Origin: a virus
Taxonomy: Duplodnaviria > Caudoviricetes
IMG/VR virus record: IMGVR_UViG_3300008267_000208
Location: 1 to 53,787 of that record
Direction: 5' to 3' (one strand)
Length of the DNA stretch: 53,787 nt
The notes under the pieces were generated by a model. The model did not search any database. It saw only the letters and a list, made by a program, of their open reading frames with translations, and was not told where the DNA came from. Numbering within the stretch: position 1 is the stretch's first letter; each line of letters opens with the position of its first letter. The position numbers were made by a program, and so were the translations under genes. Shown here in pieces: positions 1 to 8,661 of the stretch.

Positions 1-302
1 CGTGTTGGTGGAAGATTTATATTTTCACAATAATTCTTATACGCATCTCCTGTCCAGATATTGCAATCGTTTTTTAAGAGATATTCTATTGATGTCTCAC
101 CACGTAAGAACCATAATAACTCTGTTACAATTGATTTCCAACTCATCTTCTTGGTTGTAAGAAGTGGAAATCCTTCACTCATTTTATGACGGATTTGTCT
201 ACCAAATACACTTAGTGTTCCACCGTTTCTAGTTTCTTTTTTTACACCATTTTCTAAAATATCTTTTAGTAAATTTTGGTAATCTAAATCTAATTTATTC
301 AT
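1..302 (-). CDS. thyA: Thymidylate synthase, N-terminal part (runs off the window)
   Basis: Manual translation from ATG at 302: [68 protein letters not shown]. The FPLLTTKK and ELLWFL motifs are typical of ThyA. The start overlaps the upstream stop (ATGA). Confidence 0.95.
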   Translation of the reverse strand, partial: MNKLDLDYQNLLKDILENGVKKETRNGGTLSVFGRQIRHKMSEGFPLLTTKKMSWKSIVTELLWFLRGETSIEYLLKNDCNIWTGDAYKNYCENINLPPT

Positions 303-961
303 AACCAATAACGGTTTTTATAAGGTTTATTTTCTTTTTGTTTTTTTAAAAATGTAGTATAATCAAAACCTAAATTATTTTCTTTGTAATAAGATATTAA
401 TTCATTTACTGAATTCCAAGTTTGGATGAAATTTTGTTCTAAATCATATTCTTTTATTTGTTTTTTAGGTTTGTTATTATTACCTAATAAAGCTTTACTC
501 ATTTTTTGTTTAGTTTCTTCTGTTCTTTTTTTTCCTAAATTAGCTTTTTTTAGTTTTTCTGTTCTTTCAGGATTTTTATAGCACTCATGTCCTTTTCTTA
601 AATTATCTAATGCTTCTCCTTCTCTTTTTTTCCCTTTATTTTTATTAGATATTATTATTCTTGTTTCTTCAGAATGAGTAATAGGACCAAATGGTTTTGT
701 TGTTTTATTGTAATATAATGGATTATTAACTACATCAAAATATTTTAACCAGTATTCTTCTCTTTCATCTAATTGATTAATATCCCCAACATATTCTAAA
801 ATTTCAGTTATAATATCCTGGTTCCAATCTATGTTGTATTTTTTAATATCTTTTTTCCAATCTACTCCACTTCCATAATAGTTAGGATCATTTCCATTGT
901 GTTGACCTATATATGATTTTTCGGTCAGAAGTAATGTTTTTTTATAAATGTATGCTTTCAT
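299..961 (-). CDS. Free-standing GIY-YIG (Seg-like) homing endonuclease with NUMOD3-type repeats
   Basis: AYIY...YIGQH...YYGSG, YYN, then HSEETR / [10 protein letters not shown] repeats and a C-terminal NUMOD1-like YDL...WNS segment. Confidence 0.85.
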   Translation of the reverse strand: MKAYIYKKTLLLTEKSYIGQHNGNDPNYYGSGVDWKKDIKKYNIDWNQDIITEILEYVGDINQLDEREEYWLKYFDVVNNPLYYNKTTKPFGPITHSEETRIIISNKNKGKKREGEALDNLRKGHECYKNPERTEKLKKANLGKKRTEETKQKMSKALLGNNNKPKKQIKEYDLEQNFIQTWNSVNELISYYKENNLGFDYTTFLKKQKENKPYKNRYWL

Positions 962-1005
962 AATATTGTTTTTATTATAAATATTATGAAATACAGGAAC
1001 ATTAT

Positions 1006-1077
1006 CTATTTTCGGAAAAATCCATTGTCAAGTATGTCTTGAAGGAGGTTTGTATATGTTTTATCTAGATTGTTCAT
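1006..1077 (-). pseudogene. Orphaned thyA 5' fragment (23 aa)
   Basis: MNNLDKTYTNLLQDILDNG-FFRK* aligns without gaps to the ThyA start [19 protein letters not shown]. Confidence 0.75.
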
Positions 1078-1186
1078 TCACTATAATTTTAACTTTACCT
1101 GATGTAATTAATCCAATTACTTTCTCACATTCTTTCCAGTTTTTACAACCGCTTAAATCAATTTTAATTATATTTCTCTTATTCAT
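1061..1186 (-). CDS. Small hypothetical protein (41 aa)
   Basis: Manual ORF MNKRNIIKIDLSGCKNWKECEKVIG..., tightly packed with its neighbours. Confidence 0.5.
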   Translation of the reverse strand: MNKRNIIKIDLSGCKNWKECEKVIGLITSGKVKIIVNEQSR

Positions 1187-1331
1187 ACAAATGTGGATTA
1201 TTTTCTAAAATGGTAGCAATTGCTCCAACTATTTCCTCAGGACCAAATGAAGTCTTCCAATCACATTCCTCTGTAACTTGTTCTACCCACTCCATGTAGA
1301 GTTTGTATAGTTCTTCTCTATTGACTTTCAT
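1179..1331 (-). CDS. Small hypothetical protein (50 aa)
   Basis: Manual ORF MKVNREELYKLYMEWVEQVTEECDWKT..., with overlapping start/stop junctions. Confidence 0.6.
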   Translation of the reverse strand: MKVNREELYKLYMEWVEQVTEECDWKTSFGPEEIVGAIATILENNPHLYE

Positions 1332-1549
1332 TTATAAAGTTCTTTTAATAGGTCATCATACTTTTTTGATGAATGAGTTATAGATGAAAAAAACTCTCTC
1401 ATAGTACCTGCTAACTTCAGTTGCTTTTCGTATTGCTCCTGTTGAGCAGCTTTATAACCTAACTCAATAGCATCAATCATAGATGTATTATTTAAAGGTT
1501 TCCCTTCAAAATTCTCTTTATATATTTTTTCTAAAGTATCTTTATTCAT
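1328..1549 (-). CDS. Hypothetical protein
   Basis: ORF track entry; ATG at 1549 preferred over the upstream TTG. Confidence 0.6.
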   Translation of the reverse strand: MNKDTLEKIYKENFEGKPLNNTSMIDAIELGYKAAQQEQYEKQLKLAGTMREFFSSITHSSKKYDDLLKELYK

Positions 1550-1685
1550 TGACTTCAAGTTTTGGTCGGTATGAGTTTACTAATTCCATTATCTCTCTAG
1601 TTAATGATCCTGCGGTTTTAGTTCCATCAAGATTCCATCGGATGATGAGATATTCAATTTCTGAGTATAGTATTTCGCTATTCAT
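1542..1685 (-). CDS. Small hypothetical protein (47 aa)
   Basis: Manual ORF MNSEILYSEIEYLIIRWNLDGTKTAG... fills the gap between neighbours. Confidence 0.55.
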   Translation of the reverse strand: MNSEILYSEIEYLIIRWNLDGTKTAGSLTREIMELVNSYRPKLEVNE

Positions 1686-1687
1686 AT

Positions 1688-1939
1688 CTAGTCTTCTAAA
1701 TTTAAACCATAGCTATTAAGTAGCTCTCTTATTTCTTCTCTAAGTTTATCTGCTACATCTATTTCTGTATCTGTAGCTTGATTTTTAGTTGAATCAAGAA
1801 TACCAACACCATGCTTAACAGTACTACGTAGCATTTGATCTAAATCCCACATAGCCATTTTCCATTTGTAACCATCTAATGCTACTCTTGCGTCTTGTGA
1901 TTCTTCAAGTGAATCGAATTCTAGAATTATCTTTCCCAT
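1688..1939 (-). CDS. Hypothetical phage protein
   Basis: 83-aa ORF with a promoter and GTTATG start context. Confidence 0.7.
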   Translation of the reverse strand: MGKIILEFDSLEESQDARVALDGYKWKMAMWDLDQMLRSTVKHGVGILDSTKNQATDTEIDVADKLREEIRELLNSYGLNLED

Positions 1940-1953
1940 AACTTTTTTATTTT

Positions 1954-1984
1954 AAATATACGAATAAAAATCTTGTAGTCCTAG
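1954..1984 (-). promoter_or_regulatory. Class A promoter CTAGG-N19-TATATTT
   Basis: The same bipartite motif with exact 19-nt spacing occurs at six intergenic sites. Confidence 0.7.
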
Positions 1985-2337
1985 TTTTTGATAAGAAATT
2001 TGTTTCTTAGTGGATAGTACCATTCATATAGGAAAAAGTTATGCCATTTAAAATGGCGATCTACATCATCAATAAATTGCATCAGGTACTCTGATAATTC
2101 ATGTAGTTCATCCTCAGTTGGTTTCTTGTCTTTGTAGTACTCCTTAACCTTCTGCATGACAGTATTCAGATCTGTAGTCATCAAGTCACCATATGTGATT
2201 GCATAACTTGGAAAGTCACAAATATCAAATACTTGATTGTACTTTAGTTTCTTAGTTGGTAATTTATACTTGGTTTCTTCTGATGAAGCAGACCAATATG
2301 TGTACCAAATGCTGTTAATCCATCTTGAATAGCTCAT
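1981..2337 (-). CDS. Hypothetical protein
   Basis: 118-aa ORF within the operon. Confidence 0.65.
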   Translation of the reverse strand: MSYSRWINSIWYTYWSASSEETKYKLPTKKLKYNQVFDICDFPSYAITYGDLMTTDLNTVMQKVKEYYKDKKPTEDELHELSEYLMQFIDDVDRHFKWHNFFLYEWYYPLRNKFLIKN

Positions 2338-2528
2338 TTTTTATGTGGGTCTCTTTGAATGTCAATTCCGAATTGGAAATTTAAAAATTTAAAACTTAAT
2401 ACAAATTGAGGAGTATATACTCCTGTTTCGAAAAAACTATATTTGTTGTAAAGCAAACATATGGTAGGAATTAGGTGTATTTCACCTAATCCCTTAATAC
2501 CAAACCAATTAAAGTCGTACTTGCCCAT
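2334..2528 (-). CDS. Hypothetical protein
   Basis: 64-aa ORF coupled to folE. Confidence 0.55.
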   Translation of the reverse strand: MGKYDFNWFGIKGLGEIHLIPTICLLYNKYSFFETGVYTPQFVLSFKFLNFQFGIDIQRDPHKK

Positions 2529-3163
2529 TATAGATCTTTTCCGTTTTTAGCAATTGCATGTAAAAACTCTTCACGAATTAAATTTCCTGGTTCCATAAAT
2601 ACACCACTAAATTTATTTGTAGTCATAGTGGAGGTAGGATGTTTAATTCCTCGATTTGAACAACACATATGTTTAGAAGCAATACTAACTGCTACTGATT
2701 TGCAATCCAATTTATTAGCTAGGAAACCATGGATTTGTTGTGTTAGTGATTCCTGCATTTGTGGACGACGAGCAAACCAATCTACTACACGGTTCAATTT
2801 ACTTAAACCAACAATTTTTTCTCCAGGTACGTATGCTACTGAGGCATATCCTGTAAATGGAAGATTGTGGTGTGCACACATACTAACAACAGGAATACCT
2901 GTTTGAATTACTACACCTGTATAGTTTTCCTCATTGGGGAATACAGTCATTGATGGTTCTTCTGTAATTGAACCTAGTACTAGATCTTTCAACCATGCTT
3001 TAGCTACACGACGAGGTGTATCAATGGTTTGTGGATCAGCCATATGATCAAATCCCATTGATTTTAGAAATGCACCATAATGTACAGATGCTTCTGTAAT
3101 CATGTTTTCAATTTCCTCTGGTGTGCGAGGAGTATTTTCGTTTGCTTTTTGAATATATTTCAT
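2528..3163 (-). CDS. folE: GTP cyclohydrolase I
   Basis: TPRRVAK, SMCAHH, GLSKLNR, RPQMQE and HMC..RG motifs. Confidence 0.95.
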   Translation of the reverse strand: MKYIQKANENTPRTPEEIENMITEASVHYGAFLKSMGFDHMADPQTIDTPRRVAKAWLKDLVLGSITEEPSMTVFPNEENYTGVVIQTGIPVVSMCAHHNLPFTGYASVAYVPGEKIVGLSKLNRVVDWFARRPQMQESLTQQIHGFLANKLDCKSVAVSIASKHMCCSNRGIKHPTSTMTTNKFSGVFMEPGNLIREEFLHAIAKNGKDL

Positions 3164-3164
3164 T

Positions 3165-3569
3165 TTAATTTAATTGATTTAGAATAGTGGTTAATCCGTT
3201 TAATTCGTTTTTAGTAGTATTTTTATCTACTGATTGACGATATTTTTCTACATATTTGAAAATAATACTGTATAGCATTTTGCAGAAAAATGGATCAAGT
3301 GATGTTTCAATAAAGATTTTGTGATTGGCAATTTTAACTCTATTTTCAGATAAAATCAATGCATAGTTTTTATCTTCTGTTTGAATGTGGACATGATTTG
3401 AAATAGGAGATACTAAAATAGAATTTTTTGAATTCGATGCCATTTTTACTACAACATCTTTGATTAGTTTCTCATTAGAATTCAATTCTCGTTTTCCACC
3501 ATATGAATTTCTCATACGAGTTTTGTAACGTAAATAAGCCCATTTTGCGTGAATTTTTAGCTTTTTCAT
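3165..3569 (-). CDS. Hypothetical basic protein
   Basis: 134-aa ORF behind a class A promoter. Confidence 0.65.
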   Translation of the reverse strand: MKKLKIHAKWAYLRYKTRMRNSYGGKRELNSNEKLIKDVVVKMASNSKNSILVSPISNHVHIQTEDKNYALILSENRVKIANHKIFIETSLDPFFCKMLYSIIFKYVEKYRQSVDKNTTKNELNGLTTILNQLN

Positions 3570-3598
3570 AACCTTAGTTGTTTAAATTTATTTAAGTT

Positions 3599-3629
3599 AA
3601 ATATATAAAATAAAATCTTGAAATCCTAA
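3599..3629 (-). promoter_or_regulatory. Class A promoter TTAGG-N19-TATATTT
   Basis: Motif match with 19-nt spacer. Confidence 0.65.
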
Positions 3630-3637
3630 TTCTTTAT

Positions 3638-4503
3638 TTAATTTGTATTTAATATTACTTCTAATGGATCACAGCATGGTAACTCATTAATAAACAAAGT
3701 ATCTGAAGTTAACATGACGGGGCAGCTATATTGATATTTAGCAACTATAGTAGTAGGAGCAGGATATGTTCCGCTTAAACTAAATCCATTAGCTACAAGT
3801 ACTCCATTTACAAACCATTGAGGAGGTGGTACTGGGGAATTTGGTTTGAATCTCCATGCTTCTGCTGTATTTAGTGTATATAAAGATGTATTTCTACCAG
3901 GTGGAAATGCAGCTAATGTACCTGCATTATTTTGTATACCTAAACATGCTCTACCTCCATTCCAAGTAGCACATGTTTGTTTCTTTAGAATGTGAACTTC
4001 AATTATATTAGTAAACTCATGGATTGATATTTGAAATGTTGATTTTTGAGTATTACATTGAAAGTGAGCTACATCTGAAAAACTAGTCCAATCATTGATC
4101 TTGGAAAAAGTGCAGCAGCTGTTGGAATAGAGGCAGTAAATGCCCAAGGAGAAAAATTATTAGCATAAGCTAAATTGAAAGATATAATTCCATTTGTACT
4201 CAAAACATATTGAATATATGGTTGTCCGTAAAAACAAAACGTAAATGGTAATGTTTGTACTGGAGACCATCTATCATCAATTGGAATTGGTAATAAAGTA
4301 CCTGTTGTATAAGGGAATGGATTGTAGGGAATGGATTGAACCAAATATGTGTTAGTTCCTAGTACTGTTGTATCTAACCTACATGTTAAATTAAGAGAAA
4401 TGTCACCACATATAGTGGTATCATTTCCTCCCAATATGCGAATTGATGGTACTTGTGAAAATAGTAAATTAGATATTAATAATAGTCCTAATAATAGTCT
4501 CAT
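3638..4503 (-). pseudogene. Frameshifted secreted protein resembling the N-terminal region of Bacteroidota T9SS-cargo (gliding-motility-associated) proteins
   Basis: Signal peptide ...LFS|Q. Motifs IPYNPF, DDRWS..LPFTFCFYG and SNG/TNGIISF lie in one frame. TNIIEVHI, CATWNGG, GIQN, PPGRN and EAWRF lie in the next frame. The frame change is near 4074-4082. Confidence 0.65.
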
Positions 4504-4516
4504 ATATTTTATATTT

Positions 4517-4636
4517 TAAAATGCAGACTGAAGCAGAGTACGTGTATTTACTTTCCTGCTAGCTTTTCAAAGATACACACTAGAGTCTTCCCAATCCTCC
4601 TCAGAAACCAGTTACGGTTACAGGTACTGCATTTTA
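4517..4636 (-). ncRNA. Candidate structured RNA of unknown family (120 nt)
   Basis: GC-enriched intergenic segment closed by TAAAATGCAG/CTGCATTTTA. Nested stems: CTGAGG-AGG/TCT-G-CTTCAG and GTGTAT-CTTT/AAAG-ATACAC. Confidence 0.45.
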
Positions 4637-5470
4637 TACATTTAATGTTTTATCCCAAGCTGAGATATGTAATCTTGTAAGACCCCTAAACACATACTTC
4701 TTAGCCATCTCTAGTACGAATTGAGTACGTTCATGAAAGTCAGTTTGGCTATCTAAACCTGGCATACAAACAACGTTTTTAAGTGGAATATTAAATGGCT
4801 CAATAAAGTCACGGAATATTTCCTTAACATCATCTTCAGTTGAAATAACGAACTTAAATTGATAGTTATTGTGCTCCATAATACGTTTGATGGCTGCAGG
4901 AACAATACGTTGTTTTTCAGTCATTCCTGAGTTGGATAGCTTAGGTGAGCAATTGATTTGATCTAACAGTTCAAATAATTCATCTGTAATTACTATAGTA
5001 CCATTTGTTTCTATCTCATTGTATGGAGTTTTACCATATACTCCTGGTTTCATTGGGTCTATTTGATCCCAATATTTAAAGAAATTAACAATAGCTTCTT
5101 GATGTCCTTTAATTGTAGGTTCACCACCAGTCCAAATGATATGGATAGTACCGTTCCTAATATGTTCATAGATGCCTTGTTCTTTCCATTGATCAATTAG
5201 ATATTGGAATTCTTTTTCTTCACCTCTCCATAACCATTGAGAAGTACTATCACAAGTCCATGTTGCCTTACCTTCTAATTCTAAATCGCCTTTGAATATT
5301 TCGCCATCCTCTAATGATGCTTCTTTTAGAAGTTTATTAGTGAATAAACGAGACATTCCGCATGTTAAGTTACAGTTTCCTAAACGAACGAAGTATGAAG
5401 GAATACCCGAAGATATCCCTTCTCCTTGAACTGAATAGAAATCACTACTAATTAGTAATTTATCTTTCAT
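4634..5470 (-). CDS. queE: 7-carboxy-7-deazaguanine synthase (radical SAM)
   Basis: FYSVQGEG, FVRLGNCNLTC...CDS, TGGEP, IETNGT, SPKL. Confidence 0.93.
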   Translation of the reverse strand: MKDKLLISSDFYSVQGEGISSGIPSYFVRLGNCNLTCGMSRLFTNKLLKEASLEDGEIFKGDLELEGKATWTCDSTSQWLWRGEEKEFQYLIDQWKEQGIYEHIRNGTIHIIWTGGEPTIKGHQEAIVNFFKYWDQIDPMKPGVYGKTPYNEIETNGTIVITDELFELLDQINCSPKLSNSGMTEKQRIVPAAIKRIMEHNNYQFKFVISTEDDVKEIFRDFIEPFNIPLKNVVCMPGLDSQTDFHERTQFVLEMAKKYVFRGLTRLHISAWDKTLNV

Positions 5471-5525
5471 TTTATAATATAATTAAATTGTATATCTCCG
5501 TATGTTGTAGTTGATGTCCACATAA

Positions 5526-5993
5526 TTAATTTCCTTTATAGATTGCTGTATTTTTATTGTGTTCCATAAATTCTACTTGAGTTACTTTTACTCTACCTTC
5601 GGTTTCTTCTTGAATAAAAATATTTAGTTTTTCGTAAATGTATTTAGCAAATTGTTCTGCTCCGGTAGCTGGGATAACACGTAGTTGAATAATACCATCT
5701 TTCCACATTTCATAAAATGTCTCTAAATATGGATCATCTTCTGCTACAATAGTGGTATGGTCAAACATATGATCCATCCATACTTTAGGATTCATACCGT
5801 CAATTCTACCTTTAGCACGTTTCATGCCGCCAAAGTCCCACACCCAATTGCGTTCGTCTAATTCACCTTCGAACCATACTCTAAATGATACTCCATAACC
5901 ATGCAGGAAGCTACAATGTGTTCCTTCTGCTTTCCATTGACGGAATACACAGCTAAAACCATCAAATAGTTTTGTTGATTGAAATTTACCCAT
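5526..5993 (-). CDS. queD: 6-carboxy-5,6,7,8-tetrahydropterin synthase
   Basis: HCSFLHGY, WDFGG, FDHT, AEQFAKYI, VEFMEH; located in the que cluster. Confidence 0.9.
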   Translation of the reverse strand: MGKFQSTKLFDGFSCVFRQWKAEGTHCSFLHGYGVSFRVWFEGELDERNWVWDFGGMKRAKGRIDGMNPKVWMDHMFDHTTIVAEDDPYLETFYEMWKDGIIQLRVIPATGAEQFAKYIYEKLNIFIQEETEGRVKVTQVEFMEHNKNTAIYKGN

Positions 5994-6237
5994 TGATAAG
6001 ATTATTTAATTGTTGATAACTTAATACTCCTGTATGGCGACGAACTTCATTATCATTTTCTAAGATAATAGTAGTTGGAACACTTCTAATATTATATTTG
6101 TCAACAAAAGATGCATCGTAGTCTGTATCAATTTTTGTTACAGAAATATTCTTTTCTCGTTTTAATTGATCAACCATTGGACTCATAGATTGACATGCTG
6201 TACACCATCCGGCGCTAAAATAGATAATTTGTTTCAT
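5986..6237 (-). CDS. Thioredoxin-family protein
   Basis: FSAGWCTAC and IRSVPT cis-Pro motif. Confidence 0.88.
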   Translation of the reverse strand: MKQIIYFSAGWCTACQSMSPMVDQLKREKNISVTKIDTDYDASFVDKYNIRSVPTTIILENDNEVRRHTGVLSYQQLNNLING

Positions 6238-6238
6238 T

Positions 6239-7114
6239 TTAATTGTGGTTTGTTAAAATTTGTTCAACATGGGATACTGCTGTTTCCCAACTAACAGGAC
6301 CTGTTTCGTCTGCATAAGGTACAGGATCAGGACGACCTAATTTCATAAATGCTTCAATACGTTCTACTGAACTAGCTGATTTGTAATCTGAATACCATTG
6401 ACCTGACATCCCACTTAGTTTTTGTACTGGAATGAAAATTGGCTTATAACTTGTATTAGTACGATAATATACTTCATTAAAGTCTAAATTAAGTTTTCCT
6501 AAACAATCCATTCCATCTTTTAAGATACCAAACTTATCAGTATCGATATATGGAGTATAAATGTTTACATTTTCTGCTCCCCAATTTCCAATAATGAACG
6601 CATCAAAATCTGCATCTCTAAAATCTTGTCTACAATCAGGATAAATTTGATGATCTCCAGCATGGATTCCCATTGCAATAGAACATTCAGTACCTTTTTT
6701 ATCTGCAATTGATAAAGCAACTGCTTGAATAATTGAACTGAATATTTTGTTACGATTAGGTACTACTGTATCTTTCATGTTTTCAGCAGCATAGTGTCCT
6801 TCAGGTACTTCATCTCCACCTTCTACCAATGATGAATTTAACAATTGCGCTAAACCATCTAATTTAATGATTTGGTGTTTAACTTTAGGATATGGATTTT
6901 CTTTACTATTCCAATTATCCAAATTTTGATTAATATATTGTACTAAATCAGTAGCACGCTCTAATTCAACTTTATGTTTTTGACCATAGTCAAATGAAAG
7001 TGCTGTTACCTCATAATCGTTTGCTAATAAATGGATTAGTAATGTGCTGCTATCCATTCCTCCTGAAAGAGATAGCACTGCTTGTTTTTTAGAATGGGAA
7101 GCCAATTGATTCAT
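6239..7114 (-). CDS. queC: 7-cyano-7-deazaguanine synthase (atypical, lacks Zn cysteines)
   Basis: SGGMDS PP-loop, FDYGQKH, VPNRN, YPDCR. Confidence 0.9.
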   Translation of the reverse strand: MNQLASHSKKQAVLSLSGGMDSSTLLIHLLANDYEVTALSFDYGQKHKVELERATDLVQYINQNLDNWNSKENPYPKVKHQIIKLDGLAQLLNSSLVEGGDEVPEGHYAAENMKDTVVPNRNKIFSSIIQAVALSIADKKGTECSIAMGIHAGDHQIYPDCRQDFRDADFDAFIIGNWGAENVNIYTPYIDTDKFGILKDGMDCLGKLNLDFNEVYYRTNTSYKPIFIPVQKLSGMSGQWYSDYKSASSVERIEAFMKLGRPDPVPYADETGPVSWETAVSHVEQILTNHN

Positions 7115-7349
7115 CAGTGGTAGTAGTTTTAGTTGGTTCAGTAATAGTAGTAGTTAGGCCATTAAAATATTTTCTTAAAAATTCTGGATTGTACATTACA
7201 ATTTTACCAGTATATTTTGGATTACTAACTTGTTTAATTATAGTTGATTGTGAGGATAATTGAGCAGCACGATATACTTCTTTGCCTAATTGTTGTCCTG
7301 CTGCTCTTCCTAGAAAATCATACAGCGATACGAATTCTTCTTGTTTCAT
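7089..7349 (-). CDS. Hypothetical protein
   Basis: 86-aa ORF coupled between the TGT-like gene and queC. Confidence 0.65.
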   Translation of the reverse strand: MKQEEFVSLYDFLGRAAGQQLGKEVYRAAQLSSQSTIIKQVSNPKYTGKIVMYNPEFLRKYFNGLTTTITEPTKTTTTDESIGFPF

Positions 7350-8134
7350 AAATTATTTATTTGTTTAAATTGTTTAACATTGTAATTGAGCAATTCAATA
7401 TCAATTTCACTTAATGACATTTCAAAACATTCATTCATATTTGCTGTTGGTTTTACTTCTAAACCAAGAGTGTCATATTTTAATCCTTGAATAGTAGCCA
7501 TTACTGGATTTGAAGTATCAATTGATTCAATATATGAACTATCTTTATGATATCCAAATTCTTGAGGTACTGAACATCCAAGAAGGTGAATTCTATCATT
7601 GTCATGAATTACTTCTATGTTGTGCATTTTATTGATAGTATCAATTCTACCTAATGCTTTACCTATTGCTTTATTTTCATGTGGGTGTACTTCATTGTAG
7701 TATGAAGCACCATAACTAAATGCTATCTTTTTATATCCTAAATCTTTGTAGATTTGGTAGCAAATAACTGCTTCATATAATGCTTTTGCTTGTACAACAG
7801 CAATAAATGTTGTGTCAGGGTATTTCTCTTGATATTGAATCCATCTTTTAGCAGATACAACTGATTGTGTTTGGTCTTCCCAATAATCAGGTACAAAAAA
7901 TTCATTAGGTTGCAATGTATCTAACCAATAAAATAGTCTATCTTCACTATATGGAACACCCAATTCATGAAGTGAATTATCCATCATAATGTGTCGTCCA
8001 TTTGCTTTAGATCTCATGAAGAAGTCCTTATATTCTTCATATTGATCCATTAAATGGGGCAAGCAGTAATCATAATCATTGAATTGTAAACTTTGTTCCA
8101 ATAAACATAATGGAACTTCATGTGAAATTTTCAT
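7346..8134 (-). CDS. TGT-fold guanine transglycosylase, putative DpdA-like DNA-modifying enzyme
   Basis: MDNS, VPD, AVVQ, IHLLG and SIDTS occur in the order seen in TGT/DpdA barrels; the gene heads the que cluster. Confidence 0.7.
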   Translation of the reverse strand: MKISHEVPLCLLEQSLQFNDYDYCLPHLMDQYEEYKDFFMRSKANGRHIMMDNSLHELGVPYSEDRLFYWLDTLQPNEFFVPDYWEDQTQSVVSAKRWIQYQEKYPDTTFIAVVQAKALYEAVICYQIYKDLGYKKIAFSYGASYYNEVHPHENKAIGKALGRIDTINKMHNIEVIHDNDRIHLLGCSVPQEFGYHKDSSYIESIDTSNPVMATIQGLKYDTLGLEVKPTANMNECFEMSLSEIDIELLNYNVKQFKQINNL

Positions 8135-8139
8135 AAATT

Positions 8140-8643
8140 TTATTTTTTATTAATTAACCATTTTGGATATTCACTGAATGCTTCATCTAGTGTACCTTCA
8201 AATGTACTAATAAAATCATCAGCATCATATTTGCTACCTCTAAAATTACGTATTAATTCTTTCTTCAAGTACTCAATACGATTTGCTTCATCAACATCAG
8301 CATCTTCAAATAATTTCTTTAATCTTCGATTATACGAAGTAATAATATCTCTCTCAAGTTGAAACAGAGAATCTCTACCGCCTTTGTGATTATCACGAAG
8401 GTGTAAAACATCCTCAGCCATCCAGTAGTATTCGTATTGAATTTGGGTCCAGTATGGAGAATAGTCAAAATCTTTGTTTTTGATCTTGTCCTTATAGTAA
8501 GCCATGTTGGAGAGCGTTTTGTGAATAGGGAATCGCCTCCACCAATAGTACATGTTTTTGATTCTCTTTTTCTCTCTAACCGGGACTTTAATAGTTACTG
8601 TTCTATTAAATTCTTTTTTTAAAAACTCATTTATCCTATCCAT
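8140..8643 (-). CDS. Hypothetical protein
   Basis: 167-aa ORF behind a promoter. Confidence 0.7.
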   Translation of the reverse strand: MDRINEFLKKEFNRTVTIKVPVREKKRIKNMYYWWRRFPIHKTLSNMAYYKDKIKNKDFDYSPYWTQIQYEYYWMAEDVLHLRDNHKGGRDSLFQLERDIITSYNRRLKKLFEDADVDEANRIEYLKKELIRNFRGSKYDADDFISTFEGTLDEAFSEYPKWLINKK

Positions 8644-8661
8644 AACTTCTTTGTGTACTAT

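Noticed and set aside
299-1021. Group I intron in thyA carrying the endonuclease (T4 td-like)
   Set aside because: There is no room for a ribozyme core on either side of the ORF, and thyA restarts with its own ATG and complete N-terminus.
4517-4636. Cobalamin riboswitch, hammerhead or SRP RNA identity for the 120-nt element
   Set aside because: Only isolated words match (CUGUAA, UGGGAAG, CUGAGGA). The required helices and order are not present.
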